A stretch of 64,000 nt of DNA from Candidatus Bathyarchaeia archaeon (GCA_049513715.1 JBEKVV010000002.1:256001-320000), one strand, 5' to 3'; counted from the first letter of the stretch, positions 10,265 to 19,441 are shown. A program made the numbers and translations. Notes: generated from the sequence alone by a model not told the origin.

Positions 10265-11803
10265 TCACTCTGGCGGAATTTCTTTGAAGACTAAGCTTAG
10301 GTTTAGTCCTTCTTTCATAAGTCTACTTTTCGCAGTGATGTAGATTATTGCGCCCAGTATGAAGGTGGCTGTAATGTATCCGTATGCAAGTGTGTTGCCG
10401 CCCCAGATTCTTGGATAGGCTAAGAACTCGGAGGTTAAGTACACGAAGACAAGAGTTTGCAGTACCCCCGCAACGGCCAGAAGAATCCTGGAGCTACCTT
10501 TCTCCCTCTTTACAGCATAGACTGCTGCGCCGAGTCCTACGAAGGCGAAGTAGACCATAGATGCCATCACAGCACCGTAGAGGGAAGAAACGGTTCCATA
10601 GAGGAACGCTGCGAGACCTATCAGAATCACCGACACTACGAGATCAAGTAAGTGCGCTACAACGGGGGAACCGTACTTCGGGCTAACATATGCCAGTTGA
10701 GACGGGAGGAAACTGTCGAAAGCCTGCGCGAGCATGTATCTGGAGATCGTGATTATGCCGAACGCCAAGATCGCTATAGTAAGTACAATCCAACCTAGCC
10801 CAATTATGAATGACTGAACAAAGTTGGATGACACACCCATCGCCAATGTCCAGAAGTTGAAGGAGTAATTGTTCACAAGCGTGGGGTTTGTGAAGGCTGC
10901 AGTTATGAATTGATATCCTCCCACGTAGTACATTGCTGCATAGGGAATTGTCACAACCAAGAAAGCGAATAGGAGCGAGATTGGCACGTTCCATCTGGGA
11001 GCCTTGCCCTTCAACTCGGAGCCAACTGATGGCGCCGCGTTAAACCATGGATAGGTAAAGAGAGCAAAGTAAGGCATCATAAGCAAAGTTGCGTTCAGGT
11101 CGAAGGTTGGTCCGGAGTAGGAATTGGCGAGAGATGCATAGGTGACGTTCGGAATATTCAGATTGTTGATGTAATTCTCCACGCCTTTCGTTCCTGCAGA
11201 AAGCAATGTAACTGTGGCAAGAGCTACGGCGATCACGCCGATCGTCCAGAAGGTTGAGATTATTTTGAACCCAAGCCTCGGTTTCAGGATGTTGATTGCG
11301 ATCAACACAACGAGTATTACTGAAGCCAACAGGAATTGTGAGAATGGGCTCGCGCCAGGTATGTTACCCGGCAGCGCGAGACCGAGCATAGCCGAGTTAC
11401 CGAGTGAAAGCCCTACTGAACCAACTGCGAACACGGCGGATAGGGCGATAAGTGCAAGATAGGGCATGGTCTCAACCGTGATGCCCATGAATGTGACCGT
11501 GCTGCCCACAAAGCCGCCAAGTGAACGCGAGAGCCAAACGTAGTCTCCTCCTGTTCTAGATATTCGTCTCGATAACATTGTGTAAGTTACCATTTGAGGA
11601 ACTGCAAGCAAGGCTGCAATCGCTGAGCCGTATACCAGGTTAACGCCGGATACCGTCGGGAGGGCAAGCATCGTAAACCCGATCAGCGCGAGTGCAGCAC
11701 CAACCGACATGTAGCTCACGTTAATGGCAATCGCGTCAAGCAACGAAACTCTCTTCGTTAACCCGGTGGCGTCTCTTAGGAAGACCTTAGAACGCGATGT
11801 CAT
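10265..11803 (-). CDS. APC-family permease
   Basis: FLRDATGL N-terminus, RTGGDYVWLSR and about 12 TM helices. Confidence 0.9.
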   Translation of the reverse strand: MTSRSKVFLRDATGLTKRVSLLDAIAINVSYMSVGAALALIGFTMLALPTVSGVNLVYGSAIAALLAVPQMVTYTMLSRRISRTGGDYVWLSRSLGGFVGSTVTFMGITVETMPYLALIALSAVFAVGSVGLSLGNSAMLGLALPGNIPGASPFSQFLLASVILVVLIAINILKPRLGFKIISTFWTIGVIAVALATVTLLSAGTKGVENYINNLNIPNVTYASLANSYSGPTFDLNATLLMMPYFALFTYPWFNAAPSVGSELKGKAPRWNVPISLLFAFLVVTIPYAAMYYVGGYQFITAAFTNPTLVNNYSFNFWTLAMGVSSNFVQSFIIGLGWIVLTIAILAFGIITISRYMLAQAFDSFLPSQLAYVSPKYGSPVVAHLLDLVVSVILIGLAAFLYGTVSSLYGAVMASMVYFAFVGLGAAVYAVKREKGSSRILLAVAGVLQTLVFVYLTSEFLAYPRIWGGNTLAYGYITATFILGAIIYITAKSRLMKEGLNLSLVFKEIPPE

Positions 11804-11908
11804 AGTTACTCGGCGACATAATCCCATCCAGTCTTGCTTAAGCGTTTTTTTCGACGCAGGTCAAGTTGTAAAAGCGCTCTGATAAGATTACAGGGAGTGT
11901 CGAAGAGG

Positions 11909-12032
11909 ATGCCTAAGCAAATCATTTTGGACGTCGATACAGGTGTCGACGACACCGAACGCTAAAGTGTGCACAAGCGTCAACGGCGAACGTTTCCTGA
12001 AGGTGTTCATGGATCGCATTGCGCCCTCATGA
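11909..12032 (+). pseudogene. Inosine/uridine-preferring nucleoside hydrolase remnant (internal deletion)
   Basis: ATG 11909 gives MPKQIILDVDTGVDD (DxDxGxDD signature). A +1 frame from 11955 gives PNAKVCTSVNGERFLKVFMDRIAPS*, typical of the family C-terminus. Not in the ORF track. Confidence 0.85.
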
Positions 12033-12127
12033 TGGCCGAGGCGCACGCAATCGTAGTCCAATGGATGGGCCTCTGTGATAGGAGGTGGAGTGCGTGTCTG
12101 TATTTGTAACTGACCTGAGGCCTCTAG

Positions 12128-12868
12128 CTAAAGCGGTCTCGTTTTGTTTGAATACGGACAGATGGTTCTTACTGGGCATATTGGACAGAGTGGTCTTCTG
12201 GCCTTGCACGTTTTTCTTCCGTGGGCCATGAAGAGTAGTGGCACAATCGGATATTCTCTTGGAGAGAAAAGTCGCATTAGAGCAGCCCTGATATCTTCAT
12301 ACTTGGCTTTAGGTGGGGCAAGGCCGAGTCTTTTCGAAACTCGGTTGACGTGTGTGTCAACGGATATTGTTGGCTTTCCCAAGATGTTGAGGAGTACATC
12401 TGCTGTTTTTGGCCCGACCTTAGGCAACACTTGCAGATTTGTGCGAACGACCTCATCCGGGCCGTGCAAGATCAGTGTCAAGTGCCCTGCATATTCTTGC
12501 GCCACTTGCCTCGCGAGGTCTCTGAGCGCTCTGGCTTTTTGCTTGTGCAAACCCGCGACCTTGATCGCTCTCTGAATCATTCTTGCGGGGGCGCCAGCGA
12601 GTCTGGAGACGGTCACCCCGACCAGTCTGTCTAAGTTTCTGTACGCTCTCATTGCGGCTATGTCGGTGCAATTCTGTGAAAGGATCGTGACGACCAGAAC
12701 ACGGAATGGGTCACTCGATTCCTTGGCTACGACCACTGAAGCGAAGTCTTCATCACGGATTGGTAGTGTCTCGCGGAGGATTTTGAGTATCTCCCTGGCA
12801 CGGGCTCTCTCGGATTTTGAGACGTTTGCCGCCTGTTGAGCGGGGGTTTCAGGCGATTGCGTTCGCAA
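12128..12868 (-). CDS. nth: Endonuclease III (HhH-GPD DNA glycosylase)
   Basis: ILSQNCTD, LPKVGPKTA, VDTHV and C-x6-C-x2-C-x5-C FeS motif. Confidence 0.95.
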   Translation of the reverse strand: MRTQSPETPAQQAANVSKSERARAREILKILRETLPIRDEDFASVVVAKESSDPFRVLVVTILSQNCTDIAAMRAYRNLDRLVGVTVSRLAGAPARMIQRAIKVAGLHKQKARALRDLARQVAQEYAGHLTLILHGPDEVVRTNLQVLPKVGPKTADVLLNILGKPTISVDTHVNRVSKRLGLAPPKAKYEDIRAALMRLFSPREYPIVPLLFMAHGRKTCKARRPLCPICPVRTICPYSNKTRPL

Positions 12869-13205
12869 TTAGGATGGTCCTAGTGCCGTACACTAGTAGC
12901 AAGATTCCGGTCACTGCAAGTACCCATGAAACTCCGCGTTCCCACTTGCTGCCTTGGTGGAACTCGAGGAGGATCACTCTGATTCCATTCATTGAATGGT
13001 AGTCGACGAAGATCAATAGCAGTTCCAGTGTGGCCGCCAAAATCAGATTTCTGTAAACCGCGATGACGGAGTATGACCCGCCAATGAACGCAAGATTCTG
13101 CAAGTACGGCCCCGTTAGGAAAACAGTGAAAAGGTGAACTCCACCGACGATTACAATTCCAAGGCCGGTAATGTAATGAAGTAGCATTCTTGTCGATTCT
13201 TTCAT
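12849..13205 (-). CDS. sdhD: Succinate dehydrogenase membrane anchor subunit D
   Basis: LHYITG and HSMNGIRVILLE, 3 TM; adjacent to sdhC. Confidence 0.8.
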   Translation of the reverse strand: MKESTRMLLHYITGLGIVIVGGVHLFTVFLTGPYLQNLAFIGGSYSVIAVYRNLILAATLELLLIFVDYHSMNGIRVILLEFHQGSKWERGVSWVLAVTGILLLVYGTRTILIANAIA

Positions 13206-13208
13206 CTG

Positions 13209-13685
13209 TTAAACCCCGAAGAACACGTTTATTGCGTATACTGCCGTCGCGGCGGCAAAGAGAATGCTGAACCAGAATATCGCCCTTTGAGCTAAGCTGA
13301 AGGCTTGAGGCTCGTACGGGAAGTCAGGACGCTTCGGTTTACCCAATAGAAACCCAAACTCGGTCAGCGTCAGCCTGATTCCGTTGACGGTGTGGTAAGC
13401 GAGCATGAATCCAATTACTACGAGCCCGACATCAAAGAGTGGGTTCTCCAGGAAATGGAAAGTTGCGGTCCAAATGTCGCTAGCAAAGTCAGCAGACGGA
13501 ACGCTCCACACCGCTAACCCACCGACCACGTTTCCGGTCTCTACGATGTGCGCTAGGAAATATCCAGTCACAATAATGCCGGTTATACGTTGAAGGGTGT
13601 ACGCCCACCGTTCCACGTTATATTTGTAAGGAATGAGCCAGCCGCTCAATGCCTTCTTCAATTCGGAAAGTAATGGCTCAGCCAA
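13209..13685 (-). CDS. sdhC: Succinate dehydrogenase cytochrome b subunit C
   Basis: LQRITG...HI and YHTVNGIRL, 3 TM. Confidence 0.82.
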   Translation of the reverse strand: MAEPLLSELKKALSGWLIPYKYNVERWAYTLQRITGIIVTGYFLAHIVETGNVVGGLAVWSVPSADFASDIWTATFHFLENPLFDVGLVVIGFMLAYHTVNGIRLTLTEFGFLLGKPKRPDFPYEPQAFSLAQRAIFWFSILFAAATAVYAINVFFGV

Positions 13686-13832
13686 GGTTCCCGCTCCGTT
13701 CTATTGCCGCAACCAGCGGCCGATGTTGAAGAAAAGTCATTCCCCTTACGAGCTTGTAGGTTTTTTATAGTTAGGGTTGTGTGGTCGTGCCGGTGTGGTT
13801 TCTGTTTGAAGTCTAGGGTTTTGGGGGATTTG

Positions 13833-14050
13833 ATGGGGGCGGGGGAGGGGCTTGGTCATGCGGTGCCTGGGTCGGTTTCGGAGGATGTTCTTAGGGATTT
13901 GGCGTTGAGTCCGTTGGTTCGGGATTGGTTGATTGGGGTCACAGAGTTGGAGGAGACCCGCATGACCTACCTGGGTTGGCTGGGTCGGTTCTTGGTCTGG
14001 AGCGGGTTGACGCCGGAGCGCATCTTCGCGTTGAAGGCTGAGGCAGAATC
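13833..14050 (+). pseudogene. Truncated tyrosine recombinase/integrase N-terminal (SAM-like) domain
   Basis: PLVRDWL...ETRMTYLGWLGRFLVWSGLTPERI resembles the N-termini of archaeal integrases. No catalytic RHRY domain follows; the frame runs into the antisense of the next gene. Confidence 0.6.
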
Positions 14051-14076
14051 AACTTACAGAGCTCCGCCGAAATTTC

Positions 14077-14946
14077 TCAATTCTGCTCCGCTCCGCACTC
14101 GCCGCAGAAACTTGCGGTTGTGGGAAGGCTGGCTCCGCAAGCTATACAGAACTTGTTTCCTTCGACCGCGGGCACTCGCGTGGGAGAGGGTCTGCTCACT
14201 GTTCCCAGTTCTGCGTATACCCCTTTGCTCGCGCGTTTTCTTCGTCGAACGACAAAGACGATCAGTCCGATAATTGCGACTATGGGTAGTACGAGTATTG
14301 AGAGGCCTAATAGGAGGTCTGCCATAGATGCGGTCGTGGTGGTTGTGGCCTCAGACGTTTCCGAAGTTGGTTGCCCGGTTGAAGCGGTCTGAGCGACCAG
14401 GGAGATAGTGAATCCCTGGAGGCTTAACGAACTTCGGATGATGCTGATGTTGTGGACGGGGTCTGACACGAAGGCTGCCGCGACGAGAGAGTACTGCTGA
14501 GGCGGGGCGGTTAATGTGATCGCAAACGAGGCGGACTCAGTTCCAGAAGTTGAGGGTGGAACAAGGCCGCAGATCGCAATGCCAGCCAGAGTCGAACTGG
14601 TCATTAATACGCATTGGTCAGGTGCAGAGGTGCCAGATCCCATAAGGTTGGAGTAATTGCCTGCAGAGTTCAGGTATACCCCAAATATGAGCCCGTCGCC
14701 TGACGTAAGGCCGCTGTAATTCACTGTAAACGTGACCGTGGCCTGAGCCACTTCGTTCTGCAATACGGTCTGCGCGGGGTAGTTGAGAGAGGCGATGGTT
14801 GTGGTGGGTGCCTGTGCACCAGCTGAGGTTGGCATGACTGATAACATTAGAACTCCGAGCAGAACTATGAGCGAGATTGGTTTTGCCGCAATTATCTTTG
14901 ATCCAGTCCAACGCTCTCGTCCGATCACCCAGTTTGAATATTTCAT
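14077..14946 (-). CDS. Single-pass surface protein with C-terminal double zinc ribbon
   Basis: Signal peptide, S/T-rich region, TM followed by RRRK, then FCIACG...FCGECG. Confidence 0.85.
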   Translation of the reverse strand: MKYSNWVIGRERWTGSKIIAAKPISLIVLLGVLMLSVMPTSAGAQAPTTTIASLNYPAQTVLQNEVAQATVTFTVNYSGLTSGDGLIFGVYLNSAGNYSNLMGSGTSAPDQCVLMTSSTLAGIAICGLVPPSTSGTESASFAITLTAPPQQYSLVAAAFVSDPVHNISIIRSSLSLQGFTISLVAQTASTGQPTSETSEATTTTTASMADLLLGLSILVLPIVAIIGLIVFVVRRRKRASKGVYAELGTVSRPSPTRVPAVEGNKFCIACGASLPTTASFCGECGAEQN

Positions 14947-14962
14947 TTTGTCATCCTCGCTT

Positions 14963-15322
14963 CTAAACAATCAGCTGTTTTTTTGCGTCCCATGCGCTGG
15001 CTCCCCGAATCGCAAAGGCTACGAATAGTAACAGTTCTGTAGGCCCGGTGGGCTCAAACGATAACGCGTAAAACGTGAACGCGGGAAGAATAAAAAGCAG
15101 TATGGAGCCGAGGAACCATGCTGCTCCACGCTTCCACTTCCTCAGGTACCATTGGCCAAGCCCTGGAATGAAGAAACTGAGTATCGCTGCCAGCCAGGGA
15201 TTCTTATGACGTACAACGGCACCTACTGCCTTTTTGTTGATATGGGTTCCGCATTCTTCGCACAGCGTAGCATCGCTCGGAAGCCTGGCGCGGCACACTG
15301 GACAAAACGATGGGTTGCTCAA
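14963..15322 (-). CDS. Zinc ribbon + TM2-like membrane protein
   Basis: FCPVC...CEECG, then KNPWLAAILSFFIPGLGQWY. Confidence 0.85.
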   Translation of the reverse strand: MSNPSFCPVCRARLPSDATLCEECGTHINKKAVGAVVRHKNPWLAAILSFFIPGLGQWYLRKWKRGAAWFLGSILLFILPAFTFYALSFEPTGPTELLLFVAFAIRGASAWDAKKQLIV

Positions 15323-15379
15323 GTCGTCGCCTCCAAGAGGTGTTCGAACCGAATGTGAGCCTTCAAGAGCCCAATTCTC

Positions 15380-17428
15380 TTATTTCGGGCGTTGCTGTTG
15401 CCCCCCGCAGTAGGTACAGAATTTTACGGTATCTGGAATTTCCCTACCGCAGTTAGTGCAGAAGGTCGTCTTTTCGCCGGCTGTTGTTCCAGAGGATGTT
15501 TGGAGAGGTGTTGTAAGGGCGGCGTTGGTTTCGTCTGAAATAGGCGGCAGGGTCCACCATTTGTGGAGGATATTGAATGGATCTTGTATTTGCTGTCTCA
15601 AACCTTTTGCCAAATCAACATTTATTTTAGTTGGGCGCCGACCTGCTTTTAGAATTACGCGTTCGCCTGCGTGAATTTCAATAACCTTCAGGTCGTCGCT
15701 TCGCCACAGTTCCGCGCTGCTCTCTTTGGATCCCTCTCCTTCGAGAACTGTTATCGCTGCGGCCGTCCCGTCTTGAACAGCTTCAACAAGCACCATGGTT
15801 CCTTTGATACGGGCAAGCCACCTACTCGTCGTCGCCGCCGCGGCTGCCCCGATCAGGCTGGCAGGGAGAATAATCACAGCCTCTTGCGCTGCCCCCAGCT
15901 CCATCCAGTTGAGTAGCAGTTTCCCAAAATCCAGTCGCAGAAGCAAGCTCCCTAGATTGTAGATCTGCGATAGTCCGGGGAATCTCAACCAGGGAATCGG
16001 CGTCTTGGGATTAGGGTCAAGCCAGCCCACTCTTGAGTCTTGTCCAATTACGGACTGTGAATTGGACGGTATCGGGGTTTGAACGCGGACAAAAGACTGG
16101 GGCCCGGTGTCCACGGTTGTTCCGGGACCAACCTGGTTCAGGTTCTCAGTGGTCAGTTGGGTCTGGGTTCCGTTCGTTCCGGTCAATGTGGCGTTGCCGG
16201 TAACGTTCGGTGGTAAGACCGGTGGCGGTTGTGGCGGCGGTGGGCCTCCTCCTGGTACCCCTCCGAAGGGTCCGAAGACGCGTCTCAAAATCCTACAGAT
16301 TATCCATCGGCCTCGGAAGACCCTGCAGATAACGACGATGATTACTCCGCCCATTATGATGACTATGACTCCGATGAGGATAGCCGGCGTAGCGTAGTCG
16401 TATCTGCATCTTGCGAAGTAGTTTTGGGGCCCGTTCATGACAACACTCGCTGTAGGAGTCTGAAATGCAATGTTCCCAGCAGGTCTTGCCTCCCATCCGT
16501 CAAAAATCAATCTTGCACCTAGCGTTCCCTGCCAGCCGGGTATTGGCACCTGGGGGTCGACTGAGATGGTCGCAGTTTCACCATCGTTGAACCAGCCGCC
16601 CCCTTGTGGATTAAGCTCGTTGCATGCAGCGCCGACTTCCAGAAGATATTGTGTGAGATAGGTGGATGTGGCTTTGTGAGGCGCACACATCGTAACCTGA
16701 TTCGCTACAGATCCTGAATCATCTATCGCCCAACCGTTGAAGGCATGCCGTACGCCAGCGGCGCCTGCAACCGCGTCTGGATGACCTAGAGCGCTATACC
16801 CGCTGGGAGGCAGAAGCGTAACCGATGCACAGGAATCATACCACTCATAAAGCCACACGGAGCTGTACTGATCTTCCCACACCAATCGATACTGGGCTGT
16901 ATACTCGAAGGTGAACTGACATGGTTTGCATGGAGGCGTAAACGTTGTCCGTGTATACGTCTGGGTGGATGTATATGGGTAATACGAGTAGTAGAGGCAA
17001 CTTCCGTGGGAGTCGTAAGACACACAATAAGCGACGTAATCTGTGTACGTCTGTGTATAGGTGTATGTCTGCAGGCTGCCTGCTGGGACCGTCCAAACGT
17101 ATTCCTTGGCGACGAATCTTTTGCCATTTTTCCAGTCAGTAACTTTGCTCCCACACTCCCATCCGCTTTGACAAATCACTTGCAGAACTTGGAATGTGTG
17201 CGACTTTGACCCGTCTAAAGTGACGGTCCTTGTCTTGGAGAAGTCGACCGCTGCTCCACCGTCAACTGAAAGTGTTGTCTTGTCCGCTCCTCTGAGGGAG
17301 ATGGTGTAAGTCACCTGCGTGTTTGCGTATTGGCTAGGGGAGAAGGCGCCTCCTTTCGATGTAGCTAGCGATTGAACTGAGGCTAAAGCCACAACTAGAA
17401 TGAGAACAGTAACGAGACCAGCTCGCAA
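15380..17428 (-). CDS. Surface protein: Tyr-rich + InlB-B-like repeats, TM, Pro-rich linker, FecR-like domain, zinc ribbon
   Basis: Signal peptide; QYLLEV...GGGWF repeat; TM; PPPPQPPP; TVDTGPQS...LRLDFGKL...RIKGT...ITVLEG...IHAGE; FCTNCG...FCTYCG. Confidence 0.85.
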   Translation of the reverse strand: MRAGLVTVLILVVALASVQSLATSKGGAFSPSQYANTQVTYTISLRGADKTTLSVDGGAAVDFSKTRTVTLDGSKSHTFQVLQVICQSGWECGSKVTDWKNGKRFVAKEYVWTVPAGSLQTYTYTQTYTDYVAYCVSYDSHGSCLYYSYYPYTSTQTYTRTTFTPPCKPCQFTFEYTAQYRLVWEDQYSSVWLYEWYDSCASVTLLPPSGYSALGHPDAVAGAAGVRHAFNGWAIDDSGSVANQVTMCAPHKATSTYLTQYLLEVGAACNELNPQGGGWFNDGETATISVDPQVPIPGWQGTLGARLIFDGWEARPAGNIAFQTPTASVVMNGPQNYFARCRYDYATPAILIGVIVIIMGGVIIVVICRVFRGRWIICRILRRVFGPFGGVPGGGPPPPQPPPVLPPNVTGNATLTGTNGTQTQLTTENLNQVGPGTTVDTGPQSFVRVQTPIPSNSQSVIGQDSRVGWLDPNPKTPIPWLRFPGLSQIYNLGSLLLRLDFGKLLLNWMELGAAQEAVIILPASLIGAAAAATTSRWLARIKGTMVLVEAVQDGTAAAITVLEGEGSKESSAELWRSDDLKVIEIHAGERVILKAGRRPTKINVDLAKGLRQQIQDPFNILHKWWTLPPISDETNAALTTPLQTSSGTTAGEKTTFCTNCGREIPDTVKFCTYCGGQQQRPK

Positions 17429-17583
17429 AGCTCAAGCAGTGATTGTATTTGGAGTAGAGAGCACAGATATCTGGGTTATCTTTATTCCCTATGTAATGTT
17501 TGCCTGTGAGCCAGAAATATGGGAATTGAACATTTTTTTCGACTTCCATCCCCGGCTCCCTAATACTAACTCGGTTCCTATCT

Positions 17584-17668
17584 TTTCTTGGTGCGGGAAC
17601 ATTCAATATGAGCGCCATACGATTCTTACGGCTACGACGGTTCAAATTCAGGTGCCCGCACCAGGAAA
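17584..17668. repeat. 17-bp imperfect inverted repeat containing a GGTG-N4-CACC dyad
   Basis: TTTCTTGGTGCGGGAAC (17584-17600) and GTGCCCGCACCAGGAAA (17652-17668). Confidence 0.75.
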
Positions 17669-18051
17669 TATCGCGAACGACCTAGTCCGGGTAAGGAGTA
17701 TGCGCGGCGTGGGCTTTAGCCGGGAATGGCATCAGCTCAGACTCCTAGAAAATTTCGAAGTAACTCTGGACAAGTAAAGTCCAACAGGAGGGTTCTGTGT
17801 GTATCAAACCAACCAGTACCCTCTCGCTCTGGGACCGGAAAGTAATCCACCAACAGTGGAGACAAAATGTTGAAGAAATCAAGCTCTCCTACAAAAACCA
17901 CAACAACCAACAAAACCGACAACTGAAAAGTCATTCTCCTTACGGACCTGATGACTTCTTGCCGTGGATTCGAGGTTCGGATCGGGTACGAGACACCAAT
18001 AAGGAATTGATGGCACCCGTTTCCGAGTTTCACCTCTTCGTCTACGGTTCT

Positions 18052-18663
18052 TCAGATGGGTAGGGTTCCAAGGCCGCGGTGGCGCACGTGTTTCCCGCCT
18101 TGCCCTTTGAAGCGCTCCTCGTCCCAAATGTTTCCACGTTCATGGTATCCAACGTTTTCCCAATACCCGTCTTCGTACTCCGCGAGAAACTCGATTCCGG
18201 TGAGCCATTTCGCGCTCTTCCAACCGTAAAGATGAGGAATGAACGGTCTAACAGGGAAACCCTGCTGAACAGGAATCTGCTTGCCATTCATCTTCAAAGC
18301 TATGAGTGAATCCTCGACCAGGGCATCCTCAAGCGGTACGGGGGTTGTGTAATCGTCAGCGCAACGGAACATTACCCATTTCGCTTCAAGCTTGACGCCG
18401 CTCATTTTGGCAAGCTCGCGAAATGCTACACCCTCCCACACAACATCCTTGATGCTCCAGGTTGTAACACAATGAAAGTCCCTTGTGAGTTTGAGTTGTG
18501 GAAGGTTCTCTAGTTCGGTGAAGCTCAGGTTTAGCTCTCTTTCAACCAATCCACTTGTGGTTAATCGCCAAGCTTCTATGTCAATGCGAGGGACACCAAA
18601 TGCTGCATATATTGCCCACCGCCTCGCTAAGGATTGGCCTGGTGGCACGGGTGTCTGCATCAA
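18052..18663 (-). CDS. Sulfite oxidase-like molybdopterin oxidoreductase
   Basis: [30 protein letters not shown]. Confidence 0.92.
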   Translation of the reverse strand: MMQTPVPPGQSLARRWAIYAAFGVPRIDIEAWRLTTSGLVERELNLSFTELENLPQLKLTRDFHCVTTWSIKDVVWEGVAFRELAKMSGVKLEAKWVMFRCADDYTTPVPLEDALVEDSLIALKMNGKQIPVQQGFPVRPFIPHLYGWKSAKWLTGIEFLAEYEDGYWENVGYHERGNIWDEERFKGQGGKHVRHRGLGTLPI

Positions 18664-18812
18664 TTGATTCTCCTGGATGTTTTTCAGGCATCTAAATCAT
18701 CACCTTGTGTGGGGTTGCTAAAAACTTCTCTTGGCCCTTATTCTGGGGGTCACACACAGCTATGATTGCATCGGGACTTGATCATGGGTACGTGAAGGCG
18801 CTTCAACCACTA

Positions 18813-18860
18813 TTAGGTGTGGTACACTCAAAAGGGGGTGTGGTACACCCTCACACCTAA
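18813..18860. promoter_or_regulatory. Paired palindromic site (13-8-13) in a divergent intergenic region
   Basis: GGTGTGGTACACT (18816) and GGTGTGGTACACC (18837), 21 bp apart, enclosed by TTAGGTGTG/CACACCTAA. Confidence 0.6.
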
Positions 18861-18877
18861 GCAGCGAGGGCATTCGA

Positions 18878-19441
18878 TTGAAGGTAATCGACCTAACGCA
18901 AGCGTTCTCTTTGGACCTTCTGGTTCATACTCCGCATAGCGGTACTCACGTCGACGCACCCGCGTACCTCTTCAGAAACGGGAAGACAATAGACCAGTTT
19001 GGCCCGGATGCGTTGTTCAAAGACGCTGTACTGCTCGACTTGACGCACACGAAGCCTGGAGAGCAAATTGATGATGAGGACTTGGAGGCGGCTGAAGAAG
19101 AGGCTGGCGTGGGTGTGAGAGAAGGCGAGGCAGTCATACTCTACACGGGCTGGGGCGATGCCGAGCAGAATGATCAGCAGTATCCGTTTCTGAGCGCGAA
19201 CGGCGCGGAGTATTTGGAATTCAAACGCGTCGGCGCTGTGGGTGTGGACACACCCAACCTAGACGACCCATTGGACAAGGGTTCCCCAGCTCACACCGTT
19301 CTACTTCGAAGTGGGATCCTGGTCCTGGAGGAACTGTGTAACTTGGATCTAATTGAAACCGAGAGATTTCGGTTGATCGCCCTACCTCTGAGGATAGGGC
19401 TAGCTTGCTCCCCAGTCCGAGCGGTTGCCGTCGTCGACTAG
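18878..19441 (+). CDS. Cyclase family protein (kynurenine formamidase-like)
   Basis: HSGTHVDAP, GVDT, H..LL...LEEL, LPL...SPVRAVA. Confidence 0.9.
   Translation: MKVIDLTQAFSLDLLVHTPHSGTHVDAPAYLFRNGKTIDQFGPDALFKDAVLLDLTHTKPGEQIDDEDLEAAEEEAGVGVREGEAVILYTGWGDAEQNDQQYPFLSANGAEYLEFKRVGAVGVDTPNLDDPLDKGSPAHTVLLRSGILVLEELCNLDLIETERFRLIALPLRIGLACSPVRAVAVVD

Noticed and set aside
14051..14273. C-terminal part of the 189-aa ORF
   Set aside because: Read-through antisense to the zinc-ribbon gene, with no recombinase catalytic residues.
17593..17663. Functional tRNA
   Set aside because: No D arm, anticodon arm or paired T stem.
17670..18050. Short ORFs on both strands
   Set aside because: No recognisable motifs and the frames conflict.
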